Shown here piece after piece: positions 51,206-59,934 of a stretch of 64,000 nt of DNA. The DNA lies in contig JAOTVB010000003.1 of the NCBI GenBank assembly GCA_029863605.1, positions 20,333 to 84,332 of the forward strand, read 5' to 3'. The position numbers were made by a program, and so were the translations under genes. The stretch comes from Myxococcales bacterium. Its GTDB lineage: Bacteria > Myxococcota_A > Polyangia > Polyangiales > Houyiibacteriaceae. Position 1 is the stretch's first letter. Every line of letters starts with the position of its first letter. A model generated the notes under the pieces. That model searched no databases. It saw only the letters and a list, made by a program, of their open reading frames with translations, and was not told the origin of the DNA.

Positions 51206-51701
51206 GGCGATCCAATCGTCGAATCGGCGGATAACCGAGCGTGCGGAGCTCCTCCACGACTCGCTCGACGAGCTCGGGAATGCTGGCTTCGACCGCTTCG
51301 GTACGGCCAAGGCCGAGGTCGATGCTTTGTGGGACTACGCCGATCAACACCACTCGGTCCGGGTAGCGGTCGAGCAGGCTTGCTCCTGCGAGCAGGTCCG
51401 CGACCCCAATTTGATGCGGGGACAAGCGCTCGTAGACAGCGGGGGCTACTTCGTCGCCCTCGATCCTGACGAGCGTTCCAGGTGGCCCCTCAGCGCGGAT
51501 CGCGTCGACCATGATCACCTGCTCGGCGCTGTCGACGAGTGGCAAGAGCGACAGCCCGAGCGTGCCTCCGTCGAGCGCCAACACACCCTCCGGAAGATCG
51601 TACTCCCGGAGCAGCTTGTGGATCGCCGCGATGCCCGCTCCATCGTCTTGGCAAACCACGTTGCCAAGTCCGAGGACCAACACCGGCGTCCGCTCACTCA
51701 T
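51153..51701 (-). CDS. [NiFe] hydrogenase maturation endopeptidase (HyaD/HupD family)
   Basis: ..VLVLGLGNVVCQDDGAG.., ..VDAIRAEGPPG.., ..SPHQIG... Confidence 0.9.
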   Translation of the reverse strand: MSERTPVLVLGLGNVVCQDDGAGIAAIHKLLREYDLPEGVLALDGGTLGLSLLPLVDSAEQVIMVDAIRAEGPPGTLVRIEGDEVAPAVYERLSPHQIGVADLLAGASLLDRYPDRVVLIGVVPQSIDLGLGRTEAVEASIPELVERVVEELRTLGYPPIRRLDRHENSTRSVDHVARTLGV

Positions 51702-52434
51702 CACGCTTGCGCCATGACCGCGGAAGGAACTTGTAACCGCTGAACATCGAATCGATGAGGCCGTGTCCCTCGGACCGCGAGACCAGAATCGCGCTCCAGA
51801 TGTGGTGGGCGAAGAAGCCGAGGAGCAGCCACATCGCGATGTGATGAATCCACCGTGCAGTCTGCGCGCCGCCGAGGATCGGAAGCAGGAAGTCCCACAT
51901 TTTCATGTACGACACGCCCGCCCCGACGGAGTACAGGGCAAGCCCGGTCACGATCATCGTGAAGTAGAGCGCGAACACGAGGAGATAGGTGAGCCCGGCA
52001 AGGGGGTTATGCCCAACGTTCAAAGGGGGCTCCCGACTGAGGAAAGTGTAGAACTTGAGCATGCTCCACACGTCGCGGCGGCGGCGCGCGCTTGCCGGCA
52101 CGAATTGGTGCCATCGCGCGTAGTACGAGCCGACGAACATCCAGCCGACACGGACCAGCACGGCTAGCGTGAACACGATCGCGGTGTAGGAGTGGACGAC
52201 CTTCATCGTCCCCATCACGAACTGTTGGTCTTCTGCGCCGGCGGGGATGAAGAAGGGCCTTCCGATGTAGATACCTGTGACCGCCTGGATCAGGATCGCG
52301 AGCATGATGATCCAGTGCGTCAGGCGCACGACCGCATCCCACACGTAGACACGCTCGAGCCCTCCGGTCTCGTCTTTGGCTCGATAGCTGACCTCTGGCC
52401 GTGCACCTCCGGCGGTTGTCGTCGGCGGGGTCAT
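51694..52434 (-). CDS. [NiFe] hydrogenase b-type cytochrome subunit (HyaC/HupC family)
   Basis: ATG at 52434 overlaps the large-subunit stop (ATGA). 246 aa, 4 TM helices, conserved His residues (..RLTHW.., ..HSYTA.., ..RWIHHI..). Confidence 0.9.
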   Translation of the reverse strand: MTPPTTTAGGARPEVSYRAKDETGGLERVYVWDAVVRLTHWIIMLAILIQAVTGIYIGRPFFIPAGAEDQQFVMGTMKVVHSYTAIVFTLAVLVRVGWMFVGSYYARWHQFVPASARRRRDVWSMLKFYTFLSREPPLNVGHNPLAGLTYLLVFALYFTMIVTGLALYSVGAGVSYMKMWDFLLPILGGAQTARWIHHIAMWLLLGFFAHHIWSAILVSRSEGHGLIDSMFSGYKFLPRSWRKRDE

Positions 52435-54137
52435 CTCGCCTTCACGCGAGTGACCTCGCGCCCTCCCGTGTCGACCACGTGCACACCGCAGGCCATGCAG
52501 GGATCGAACGAATGAACGGTACGGAGGATCTCGATCGGTTGCTCGGGATCCGCAACGGGTGTTCCGACCAGGGCTGCCTCGTAAGGCCCAGGGGTATCGC
52601 CGGCGTCGCGTGGCCCAGCGTTCCAGGTGCTCGGGACGACGCACTGATAGCGATTGATTTTGGCGTCTTTGATGTGCACCCAGTGACCGAGCGCACCGCG
52701 CGGCGCCTCGTGGAAGCCAGCACCCGTGGACTCTTTCGGCCAAGAGCTCGGCTCCCATTTGCTGTTGTCGTGGATGCGAAGCTCGCCACTGCCCATGTTG
52801 GCCGCGAGCTCGTCGACCCAGTCGCCGATCTTATCGACGAGAACCTGGGTTTCGATACCGCGCGCGGCAACTCTACCGAGGGTCGAGAACAGGGCCGCGG
52901 GCCCGACTTCGAGCTTCTTGAGCACCGCGTTGACCAGGGCGGTCACCTGCTCATGTCCCTGAACGTAGGAGACGAGCATGCGAGAGAGCGGCCCCACCTC
53001 CATCGGCACGCCGTCGTAGCGCGGGGATTTCAGCCACGAGTACTTCTCCGAAGTGTTGAGACGCTCGTAGGGTGGCTCCGGCCCGGTGTAGTTCGGGCTG
53101 GTCTCGCCCTCCGATGGGTGGAGCGCCTGGTCATCCCCGGCCGCGTAGTCGTACCAGGAGTGTTTGATGTGCTCCGTGATCTTTGATGCATCAAACGCTT
53201 CCACCTTCGAAATATCCCGGTTGCGGATGATGCCGGATGGAATGAAGAGCGGAGAGTTCGACTCGTCGTTCAGTGGGTACTCGCCGTAGACCATGTAGTT
53301 CCCGACGCCGGCGCCGTACCCAGCCCAGTCTTTGTAGAACGAAGCGACGGCCAACAGGTCCGGGATGTAGACTTGGCTCACGAACTGCTTCGCGCCGGCG
53401 ATCATGTCCTTGAAGGCGGCGATCGAATGCACGTTGAGGGCGGCCTGAGCATTCGGATCGACCGGCGTCGCCATGCCTCCCACCAAAAAGCTCTGCAGAT
53501 GTGGGTTTTTCCCGCCCAGAATCGCATGCATCTTGATGAACTCGCGCTGCCAATCGAGGGCCTCGAGGTAGTGTGCGACCGCCATGAGATTGGCCTCCGG
53601 CGGAAGCTTGTATGCGGGATGACCCCAATAGGCGTTGCCAAACGGGCCGAGCTGCCCGCGGTCCACGAGCCCCTTGATGCGGTCTTGGATCCCCTTGAAG
53701 TACGTCGTGCTTGACTTGGGCCAGTTCGAGATCGATTGAGCGAGCGTGGACGTCCCTGCCGGGTCGGCCTTCAGTGCGGACACGATGTCGACCCAATCGA
53801 GCGCATGCAGATGATAGAAATGGATGACGTGATCCTGAATGCACTGCGACGCGATGATCAGGTTCCTCAAGATGCGGGCGTTCGGTGGCGGTTTCGCGCC
53901 GATGGCATTTTCGACGGCGCGAATCGAAGCGATCGCGTGCACCGTCGTGCAGACTCCGCAGATCCGTTGAGTAAAGGCCCACGCATCGCGTGGGTCGCGG
54001 CCCTGTAAGATGATCTCGATCCCTCGGAACATCGTGGAGGACGACCAGGCGTTCGATACCTGACCTCCATCGACCTCTGCCTCGATGCGTAGGTGACCTT
54101 CGATGCGCGTGACCGGATCGACGACGATATGAGTCAT
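52431..54137 (-). CDS. [NiFe] hydrogenase large subunit (group 1-like)
   Basis: ..RIEGH.., RICGVCTTVH, and C-terminal DPCMACGVH followed by a 15-aa extension for protease cleavage. Confidence 0.97.
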   Translation of the reverse strand: MTHIVVDPVTRIEGHLRIEAEVDGGQVSNAWSSSTMFRGIEIILQGRDPRDAWAFTQRICGVCTTVHAIASIRAVENAIGAKPPPNARILRNLIIASQCIQDHVIHFYHLHALDWVDIVSALKADPAGTSTLAQSISNWPKSSTTYFKGIQDRIKGLVDRGQLGPFGNAYWGHPAYKLPPEANLMAVAHYLEALDWQREFIKMHAILGGKNPHLQSFLVGGMATPVDPNAQAALNVHSIAAFKDMIAGAKQFVSQVYIPDLLAVASFYKDWAGYGAGVGNYMVYGEYPLNDESNSPLFIPSGIIRNRDISKVEAFDASKITEHIKHSWYDYAAGDDQALHPSEGETSPNYTGPEPPYERLNTSEKYSWLKSPRYDGVPMEVGPLSRMLVSYVQGHEQVTALVNAVLKKLEVGPAALFSTLGRVAARGIETQVLVDKIGDWVDELAANMGSGELRIHDNSKWEPSSWPKESTGAGFHEAPRGALGHWVHIKDAKINRYQCVVPSTWNAGPRDAGDTPGPYEAALVGTPVADPEQPIEILRTVHSFDPCMACGVHVVDTGGREVTRVKAR

Positions 54138-55261
54138 GCGTCACCTCCTTCCGAGCCTTTGGTAGGGTCTGCGGGCTTGTCTTCGCCTCCAGAACCGACC
54201 AGCTTCTTGCCGAGGTGAATCAGGGTGTGCGTTCCAAACGCAGCCGCGACGCCGACGGTTCCCCAGAAGCCGACCTTGTCGATGTTCGAAGCCTTTCCAA
54301 AGCCCGGGAAACCCGGAAGGTGGGCGTAGAAGGGCGTCATCTTGTCCCAGAAATCAGGCTCGGCGCAGCCGATGCATCCGTGGCCGCAGGCGATCGGCCA
54401 GCTGGTGTTGTCGTTCCAGCCGACATTCGGGCAGTTCTGGAAAGACACCGGCCCCTTGCAGCCCATCTTGTAGAGGCAGTGCCCCTGGCGGTGAGCCTCG
54501 TCGCCCCACTGCTCCACATACTGGCCGGAGTCGTAGTGCGCTCGTCTCTCGCAGTTGTCGTGAATGGACTTTCCGTATGCGAAGAGCGGTCGGTTCAGTG
54601 CGTCGGTTGCCGGCCAGCGTCCATAGGTAAGGAAATACACGACGGTAGCCGTGAGGTTCTCGGCGTTCACTGGACAAGCCGAGAGATTGATCTGCGTCTT
54701 GATCCCGGGAACTGCGTCAGCGACACCCAACGCGCCCGTTGGATTCGGTGACGCCGCAGGGAGCCCACCGAAAGTCGCGCAAGTGCCGACCGCAATGACT
54801 GCGGCAGCATTGCTGCACACTTCGTTCGCGATCTGCAGGGCGGACTTGCCGCCGATCGTGCAGTACGCACCGTTTGCTCCGGTTGGGATCGAGCCCTCGA
54901 CGACCGCGATGTATTGGCCCTGCTTGTTCTTCACCACCGACTCGAGCGCTTCTTCGGCTCGATGTCCGGCCGCCGCCATGATCGTCTCGTGGTAATCGAT
55001 CGAAAGGAGGTCGAGCACGACCTCGGCAGCGCTTGGTTTGCTCGAGCGCAGAAACGACTCGGTGTTGCCAGCACAGTCCTGGAACTCCAGCCAGACCAAT
55101 GTCGGCTTGGGTTTGTTCTCGAGTGCGTCTGCGATCGCGGCAGCCGCGCTCTTCGGCAAACCGATCATCACGGCCATCGCGGAGCAGAAGCCCAGGAACT
55201 CGCGGCGCGATACTCCGCGCGCCTCCAACTCGCGGCATAGATCACTCGTCGGTCCGTCCAT
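54134..55261 (-). CDS. [NiFe] hydrogenase small subunit with Tat signal
   Basis: ATG at 55261 after GAGGAGG. Tat motif SRREFLG, FeS-cluster Cys/His pattern, C-terminal TM anchor. The first cluster motif reads DCAGNTES rather than C-x-x-C. Confidence 0.95.
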   Translation of the reverse strand: MDGPTSDLCRELEARGVSRREFLGFCSAMAVMIGLPKSAAAAIADALENKPKPTLVWLEFQDCAGNTESFLRSSKPSAAEVVLDLLSIDYHETIMAAAGHRAEEALESVVKNKQGQYIAVVEGSIPTGANGAYCTIGGKSALQIANEVCSNAAAVIAVGTCATFGGLPAASPNPTGALGVADAVPGIKTQINLSACPVNAENLTATVVYFLTYGRWPATDALNRPLFAYGKSIHDNCERRAHYDSGQYVEQWGDEAHRQGHCLYKMGCKGPVSFQNCPNVGWNDNTSWPIACGHGCIGCAEPDFWDKMTPFYAHLPGFPGFGKASNIDKVGFWGTVGVAAAFGTHTLIHLGKKLVGSGGEDKPADPTKGSEGGDA

Positions 55262-55474
55262 CGCTGCCTCCTCGCTGTTGGTAAGCAAAGGTCGGGCCGG
55301 ACGTGGACATCCGGTCGCAGCGACCGTAACCGTGCGAAATTCGTCGGAACAAGCTCGTTCTGCGAGTTGAAAGCGCTTTTCATCGCATCGCGTATTTCTT
55401 TCGCGAGGAAACTGCCGAGCGCACTTTCTGCGCGCATTTGGTGACTACCAAGTACACGGTGTAGCATCGGTGGG

Positions 55475-56746
55475 ATGTCGGCCGCGCTCGAAGAATTCGG
55501 TTTCTTCCAAGTCGTACAGGGCTACCTCGACCAGGCGTCCGGGATCATGGGCTTGCCAGACCACGTTCGCGAGATCCTCGCAGAACCGAAGAACGAGCTG
55601 ATCGTGCACTTTCCGGTTCGCATGGATGATGGGCGCAATCGCGTGTTCAAGGGCTACCGCATTCAGCACAACAACGTGATGGGCCCGTACAAGGGCGGCA
55701 TGCGATATCACGAAGCCGTCAATCTCGACGAGCTCAAAGCTCTCGCGATGCAGATGACGTGGAAGTGCGCTCTCCTCGGCGTTCCCTTCGGGGGCGGGAA
55801 GGGCGGCATCAAGTTCAATCCTCGCGATCACTCGGAAGACGAGCTTCGACGGATCACTCGTCGATTCACGCACGCCCTAGGCACCAATATCGGACCGGCT
55901 TACGACATCCCCGCACCCGACGTAGGCACGAATGCCAAGACGATGGTGTGGATGATGGATACGTACATGAACACGGGCCCCACCTACGAAAAGAACGATC
56001 AGCGTGCTGTCGTCACGGGAAAGACGATCAACGCCGGCGGTTCGGAGGGACGTGAGAAGGCCACGGGTCAGGGCGTCGTTCACTGCATCAAGGAATGGGC
56101 GCGGGAACGGCGGTTCGACCTCGAGGGTGCGACCGCGATCGTTCAGGGTTTTGGCAACGTGGGGTCGAATGCGGCCTTGTTGCTCTCGAAGCTCGGCGTA
56201 TCGACGATCGCGACCGGAGACCACACCGGCTATCTCCACAACGAAGAAGGGCTAAACGCGCACAAATTGCAAGACTACGTCCAAGCCAATGGATCGATCG
56301 AAGGCTATCCGCGCGGGGAGAGGATCACACGAGACGAGTTCTTCGAAACCCCGGCCGACCTCTTCATTCCGGCGGCGCTCGAAAACCAAGTCGGCGAAAA
56401 AGAGGCCACGGCCCTTCGAGTCCGTCTCATCGCCGAAGGCGCGAATGGTCCGATCAATCCTGCTGGCGAAGCGGTGCTCAAGGACCGAGGGATTCCGATC
56501 ATTCCCGACGTGCTCGCGAACTCTGGCGGCGTGACCGTCAGTTACTACGAATGGGTCCAGAACCGAAACAGCGAGCACTGGGATCTCGAAGAAGTACAGC
56601 GTCGCTTGTTGCACATGATCCGACGTGCCTATCAGCGGACGATGTTTTACGCGGCCGAGAAGAAAGTCGATCCTCGTATCGCCGCGTACGCCCTGGCCCT
56701 CGAGAGCTTGGCGACGTCGTATGAAGAACGCGGAATTTTCCCTTGA
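55475..56746 (+). CDS. gdhA: Glutamate dehydrogenase
   Basis: 423 aa. ..KGGMRYH.., ..PFGGGKGG.., ..GFGNVG... Confidence 0.93.
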   Translation: MSAALEEFGFFQVVQGYLDQASGIMGLPDHVREILAEPKNELIVHFPVRMDDGRNRVFKGYRIQHNNVMGPYKGGMRYHEAVNLDELKALAMQMTWKCALLGVPFGGGKGGIKFNPRDHSEDELRRITRRFTHALGTNIGPAYDIPAPDVGTNAKTMVWMMDTYMNTGPTYEKNDQRAVVTGKTINAGGSEGREKATGQGVVHCIKEWARERRFDLEGATAIVQGFGNVGSNAALLLSKLGVSTIATGDHTGYLHNEEGLNAHKLQDYVQANGSIEGYPRGERITRDEFFETPADLFIPAALENQVGEKEATALRVRLIAEGANGPINPAGEAVLKDRGIPIIPDVLANSGGVTVSYYEWVQNRNSEHWDLEEVQRRLLHMIRRAYQRTMFYAAEKKVDPRIAAYALALESLATSYEERGIFP

Positions 56747-56832
56747 GTTTTCCGGTTGCTTGGGCGCCGGCTGATCGTCCTCAGCGACTGGCGACTTGAC
56801 AATATCCGCGCCTAGAATCACCTGCATAAGCC

Positions 56833-57717
56833 ATGGTCGCAGAAGCGGTGTTCCAAGGAGAGATCCCTGCCGAAGGCGTCGCAGACCTGCTTGGTGGTCT
56901 CGAACAGATCGGCACGACCGGCGTGCTGGCGTTTCACAGCACGTCGGGCTCGGGTGCGATCCGCTTGGTTCACGGGCAGATTGCCGAGCCGGAATTGAAC
57001 GGCGACGAGGAGCGGGCTCTCGAAACCCTACTTGCACTCCGGGACGGCGAGTTCGCCGTCTACCCGAAGCTTCCGCACCTTCCGGTTTCCCGCGGCACCG
57101 ACACCACCCGACGGGGCTCGATCGCGGTGCACCCGCCGTCCGAGCTGATGCGCTATTGCGAGGGCGCAGGGTTGACGGGTCGACTTCTCCTCGAGCATCG
57201 CGGTCGGCTGGCGATCGGCTACTACGAAAAGGGGCAGCTCGAAGACGTGAGCATCGACGGCGGCACGGCGGCGGACTTCGTTCAAGCGCTCGAATGGACC
57301 GAGGGCACGTTCCGGGTCGACGCGGTTCCGCCTCCGCGTGAAACGCTGCCACCGTCTCTTCAGGACAAGACTCCGGCACACTTGACCAGTCCCACAGAGC
57401 TCGCGCGCGCAGGGGCCGACCGCCCCGACGGCACGCCGGTGTCGGGCCTCCGCCCACGTGTTGAACGGGACGAAGATGCGACCATCCGCATCATTCGGCG
57501 TCCGGAAACCGAGGATTTGGACGAGCCGCCCGAGCTTTGGAGCACGCTCGAGTATTCTCCCTCTTTTCCTAGAGAATCTGCTACAACTACCCCCGTGAAG
57601 TCGAAAGACGACGGACGATCGATTGGGTTCTGGCGGACGCTCGGCTGGGTGGGCGCTGTCTTAGTAGTGGTGCTCGGCTGTCTTTGGGTGCTCGCAGCTC
57701 TCCCGCCGCTGGAGTAG
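56833..57717 (+). CDS. DUF4388-repeat protein with C-terminal membrane anchor
   Basis: Two DUF4388-like modules (..VADLLGGLEQIGTTGVL..GEFAV.. and ..LMRYCEGAGLTGRL..GTFRV..), a Pro/charged linker and a terminal TM helix. Confidence 0.6.
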   Translation: MVAEAVFQGEIPAEGVADLLGGLEQIGTTGVLAFHSTSGSGAIRLVHGQIAEPELNGDEERALETLLALRDGEFAVYPKLPHLPVSRGTDTTRRGSIAVHPPSELMRYCEGAGLTGRLLLEHRGRLAIGYYEKGQLEDVSIDGGTAADFVQALEWTEGTFRVDAVPPPRETLPPSLQDKTPAHLTSPTELARAGADRPDGTPVSGLRPRVERDEDATIRIIRRPETEDLDEPPELWSTLEYSPSFPRESATTTPVKSKDDGRSIGFWRTLGWVGAVLVVVLGCLWVLAALPPLE

Positions 57718-57727
57718 TGTCGGCGCC

Positions 57728-59344
57728 GTGGGCCCGCGCTTGCGATCGAGACGCTTGCGTCGAAGCCTGATCGCAGCGGCGCTGTTCGCTTCGTCAATCG
57801 CTTCGCCCGGGATGGCGAGCGCGCAGGAGGGGGCGCCAGAGCCTTATACGCCTGGTGAGGTCGTTCCCGCGCCGCCCCTCCAGGACGAAGGTGCGAAAGA
57901 CACCGATGACGAGTTCCGGGACCCGTACGGCGTGGCCAGCGAGCGTCGTCCGGCGGACCAAATCTCGTCGCAGGTTCGGTACATCCTCGAGCGCATCGAG
58001 GTCATCGGCAATACGCGAACCAAATCACGAGCGGTTCGGAAGTTCATCCCTCTCGAGCCTGGGCAGTTTCTCGATCCTGAGTCGCCGGACTTGGTCGCGA
58101 CCGAGTGGCGGCTCATGGGCACCGGGTGGTTCGATTGGGTCGACATTCGACTCGAGCGCGGCGAAAAGCCTGGCTACGCCGTTCTGATCGTCCACGTCCA
58201 GGAGCGCAACACGGTCATCATCGAGCAGCTGGTTGCGGGGCTCACCGAAGGGGTGACCAACACGACCGACTCCCGCAATTTACTGCCCTGGTTTGGCTTC
58301 AAGCTCACCGAAACCAATATGGCAGGCCTTGGTATTCGATTGTCGGGGACCGCGTTGGTGAGCGGGTTCAACCAAGGTGGTCGGATCGATCTCCGATATC
58401 CGAAGATGATCAAAGACCAGTGGGGCCTTCGCTTCGGCACGTTCTTTCTCAATGGTCGAGAGTTCTACGGAAACCAGCCCTTGGTGAGCGTGCCATGCGG
58501 CAACCCAACTTGTCCCGGCACCTCCCTCGTCGATAGCGCCGTAGTCCGGTACCGACGTGGCGGGTTCATGCTTGGTACCGAGAAAGACATCACGTCGACG
58601 CTTCGTTACCAGCTCGATTGGATCGGCGACATCGTCAGCGTCCTCGAACGTCCCGAGGCGGCAAGCGAGACACGAGGAAACGAGATCAGTCCAATCGAAT
58701 TCGCCATCGAAGACGGACACAGCTTTGTATCTTCACTCCGGTTCGCCTTGATCTTGGATAGACGCGACGACCCGGGCATCACGAAACAGGGTGTGCTTCT
58801 GCGGGGCGTCGTCACTGCAAGCACCCGGTTTCTCGGGAGCGACTACGACTTTCTACAGCTCGAAGTATGGATCCGAAGATGGTGGCGGCTTCCTTGGAAT
58901 CACACGATTCGGTTCGGCGCGTTCGGCGGAGTTGCCTTCGGAAACACCCCCTTCTTCTATCTCTTCCACGTGTCGGACCTCACCGACCTCGTTCCATCGC
59001 GTTTTCTCGAGATGCAGCTCGACCGCCGACAGGCGCCAAACCTTCTCGGAACCTCGATCGAAAACAACTACCTCGGAGAGCTCGCATGGCGCCTAGACGT
59101 CGGATACGACGTGCCTGTTTATGAGCGCGTGCGAGATCGCGGCCTTCGTGAGATCGACCTCTACATGCTCATCGGGCTCTATTCACTGGCCAACATTCGT
59201 GATTCACGGCTCGGCACGGATGGCTACTCGGGTTTCTCCAGGTATCCGATGGACCTCACCTTCGACTTCGGGTTCCGCTTCGACACTCGAATAGGCGTCT
59301 TTCAAGTCGGCTTCTCGACGCTGCTGGGGTTCATACGGCTGTGA
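57728..59344 (+). CDS. BamA/Omp85-like outer-membrane protein with one POTRA domain
   Basis: GTG start, signal peptide, POTRA-like ..ILERIEVIGNTRTKSRAVRKFIPLEPGQFLD.., then a long beta-barrel region. Confidence 0.7.
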   Translation: MGPRLRSRRLRRSLIAAALFASSIASPGMASAQEGAPEPYTPGEVVPAPPLQDEGAKDTDDEFRDPYGVASERRPADQISSQVRYILERIEVIGNTRTKSRAVRKFIPLEPGQFLDPESPDLVATEWRLMGTGWFDWVDIRLERGEKPGYAVLIVHVQERNTVIIEQLVAGLTEGVTNTTDSRNLLPWFGFKLTETNMAGLGIRLSGTALVSGFNQGGRIDLRYPKMIKDQWGLRFGTFFLNGREFYGNQPLVSVPCGNPTCPGTSLVDSAVVRYRRGGFMLGTEKDITSTLRYQLDWIGDIVSVLERPEAASETRGNEISPIEFAIEDGHSFVSSLRFALILDRRDDPGITKQGVLLRGVVTASTRFLGSDYDFLQLEVWIRRWWRLPWNHTIRFGAFGGVAFGNTPFFYLFHVSDLTDLVPSRFLEMQLDRRQAPNLLGTSIENNYLGELAWRLDVGYDVPVYERVRDRGLREIDLYMLIGLYSLANIRDSRLGTDGYSGFSRYPMDLTFDFGFRFDTRIGVFQVGFSTLLGFIRL

Positions 59345-59934
59345 AGTACTGGCTCGCTGCATGGCTGTGGTTGATAGGCGCAAGTGCGAGCGCACAGCGC
59401 GATTTGCCGCTGCGCGACGTGCAAGTGCAGTGGTTACGTGGCGCCCCGAAGGTGAGCTTTTCGGCCAAGGACCTCGCTGACGAACGGGTCCGAAAGGAGC
59501 TGCAAAGCGCGCTTCGGAAAAGGCTGGTGGTGACGGTCACCGCGCACCCGCGCGGATCGGGACGAACCATCGTCCGTCGCCAGTTCGGTTGCGACGTGAC
59601 GCACGACCTTTGGGAGGACGGATACCTCGTTCGCATTGCGAGTCAGACGGAACGCTTGTCTTCGCTCGAGAAGGCGCTCGATCGATGCCTCGTGGTGCAA
59701 GGGCTGTTCGTCGGTGAACCCAGACGCTACGAATCCTACAAAGGAAAAGAGATTTTCTTCTCCATCGAAGCCGAGTTCAATCCGATTTCGGAGAAGCAAT
59801 GCCGGGAGCTGATCCGTCCGACGGGCAGCGACGATCCAATCGGGCCGATCACGGTGAGCATCGTTCGGCGTCGAATCTGTCAGGCGGAGCGAACGGTTCG
59901 TTTCCGGGGCAAGGACGCGCGGGTTCCCAAATGA
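59341..59934 (+). CDS. Secreted protein, function unknown (possibly DUF4390-like)
   Basis: GTG overlaps the upstream stop (GTGA), and its stop overlaps the kinase ATG (ATGA). Signal peptide MKYWLAAWLWLIGASASAQ. Confidence 0.5.
   Translation: MKYWLAAWLWLIGASASAQRDLPLRDVQVQWLRGAPKVSFSAKDLADERVRKELQSALRKRLVVTVTAHPRGSGRTIVRRQFGCDVTHDLWEDGYLVRIASQTERLSSLEKALDRCLVVQGLFVGEPRRYESYKGKEIFFSIEAEFNPISEKQCRELIRPTGSDDPIGPITVSIVRRRICQAERTVRFRGKDARVPK

Noticed and set aside
55390-55425. Possible sigma-54 promoter (GG-N-GC) for the hydrogenase operon
   Set aside because: On the minus strand, ctcGGcagtttcctcGCga has the GG and GC one position too far apart and lacks the TGGCAC/TTGC context.
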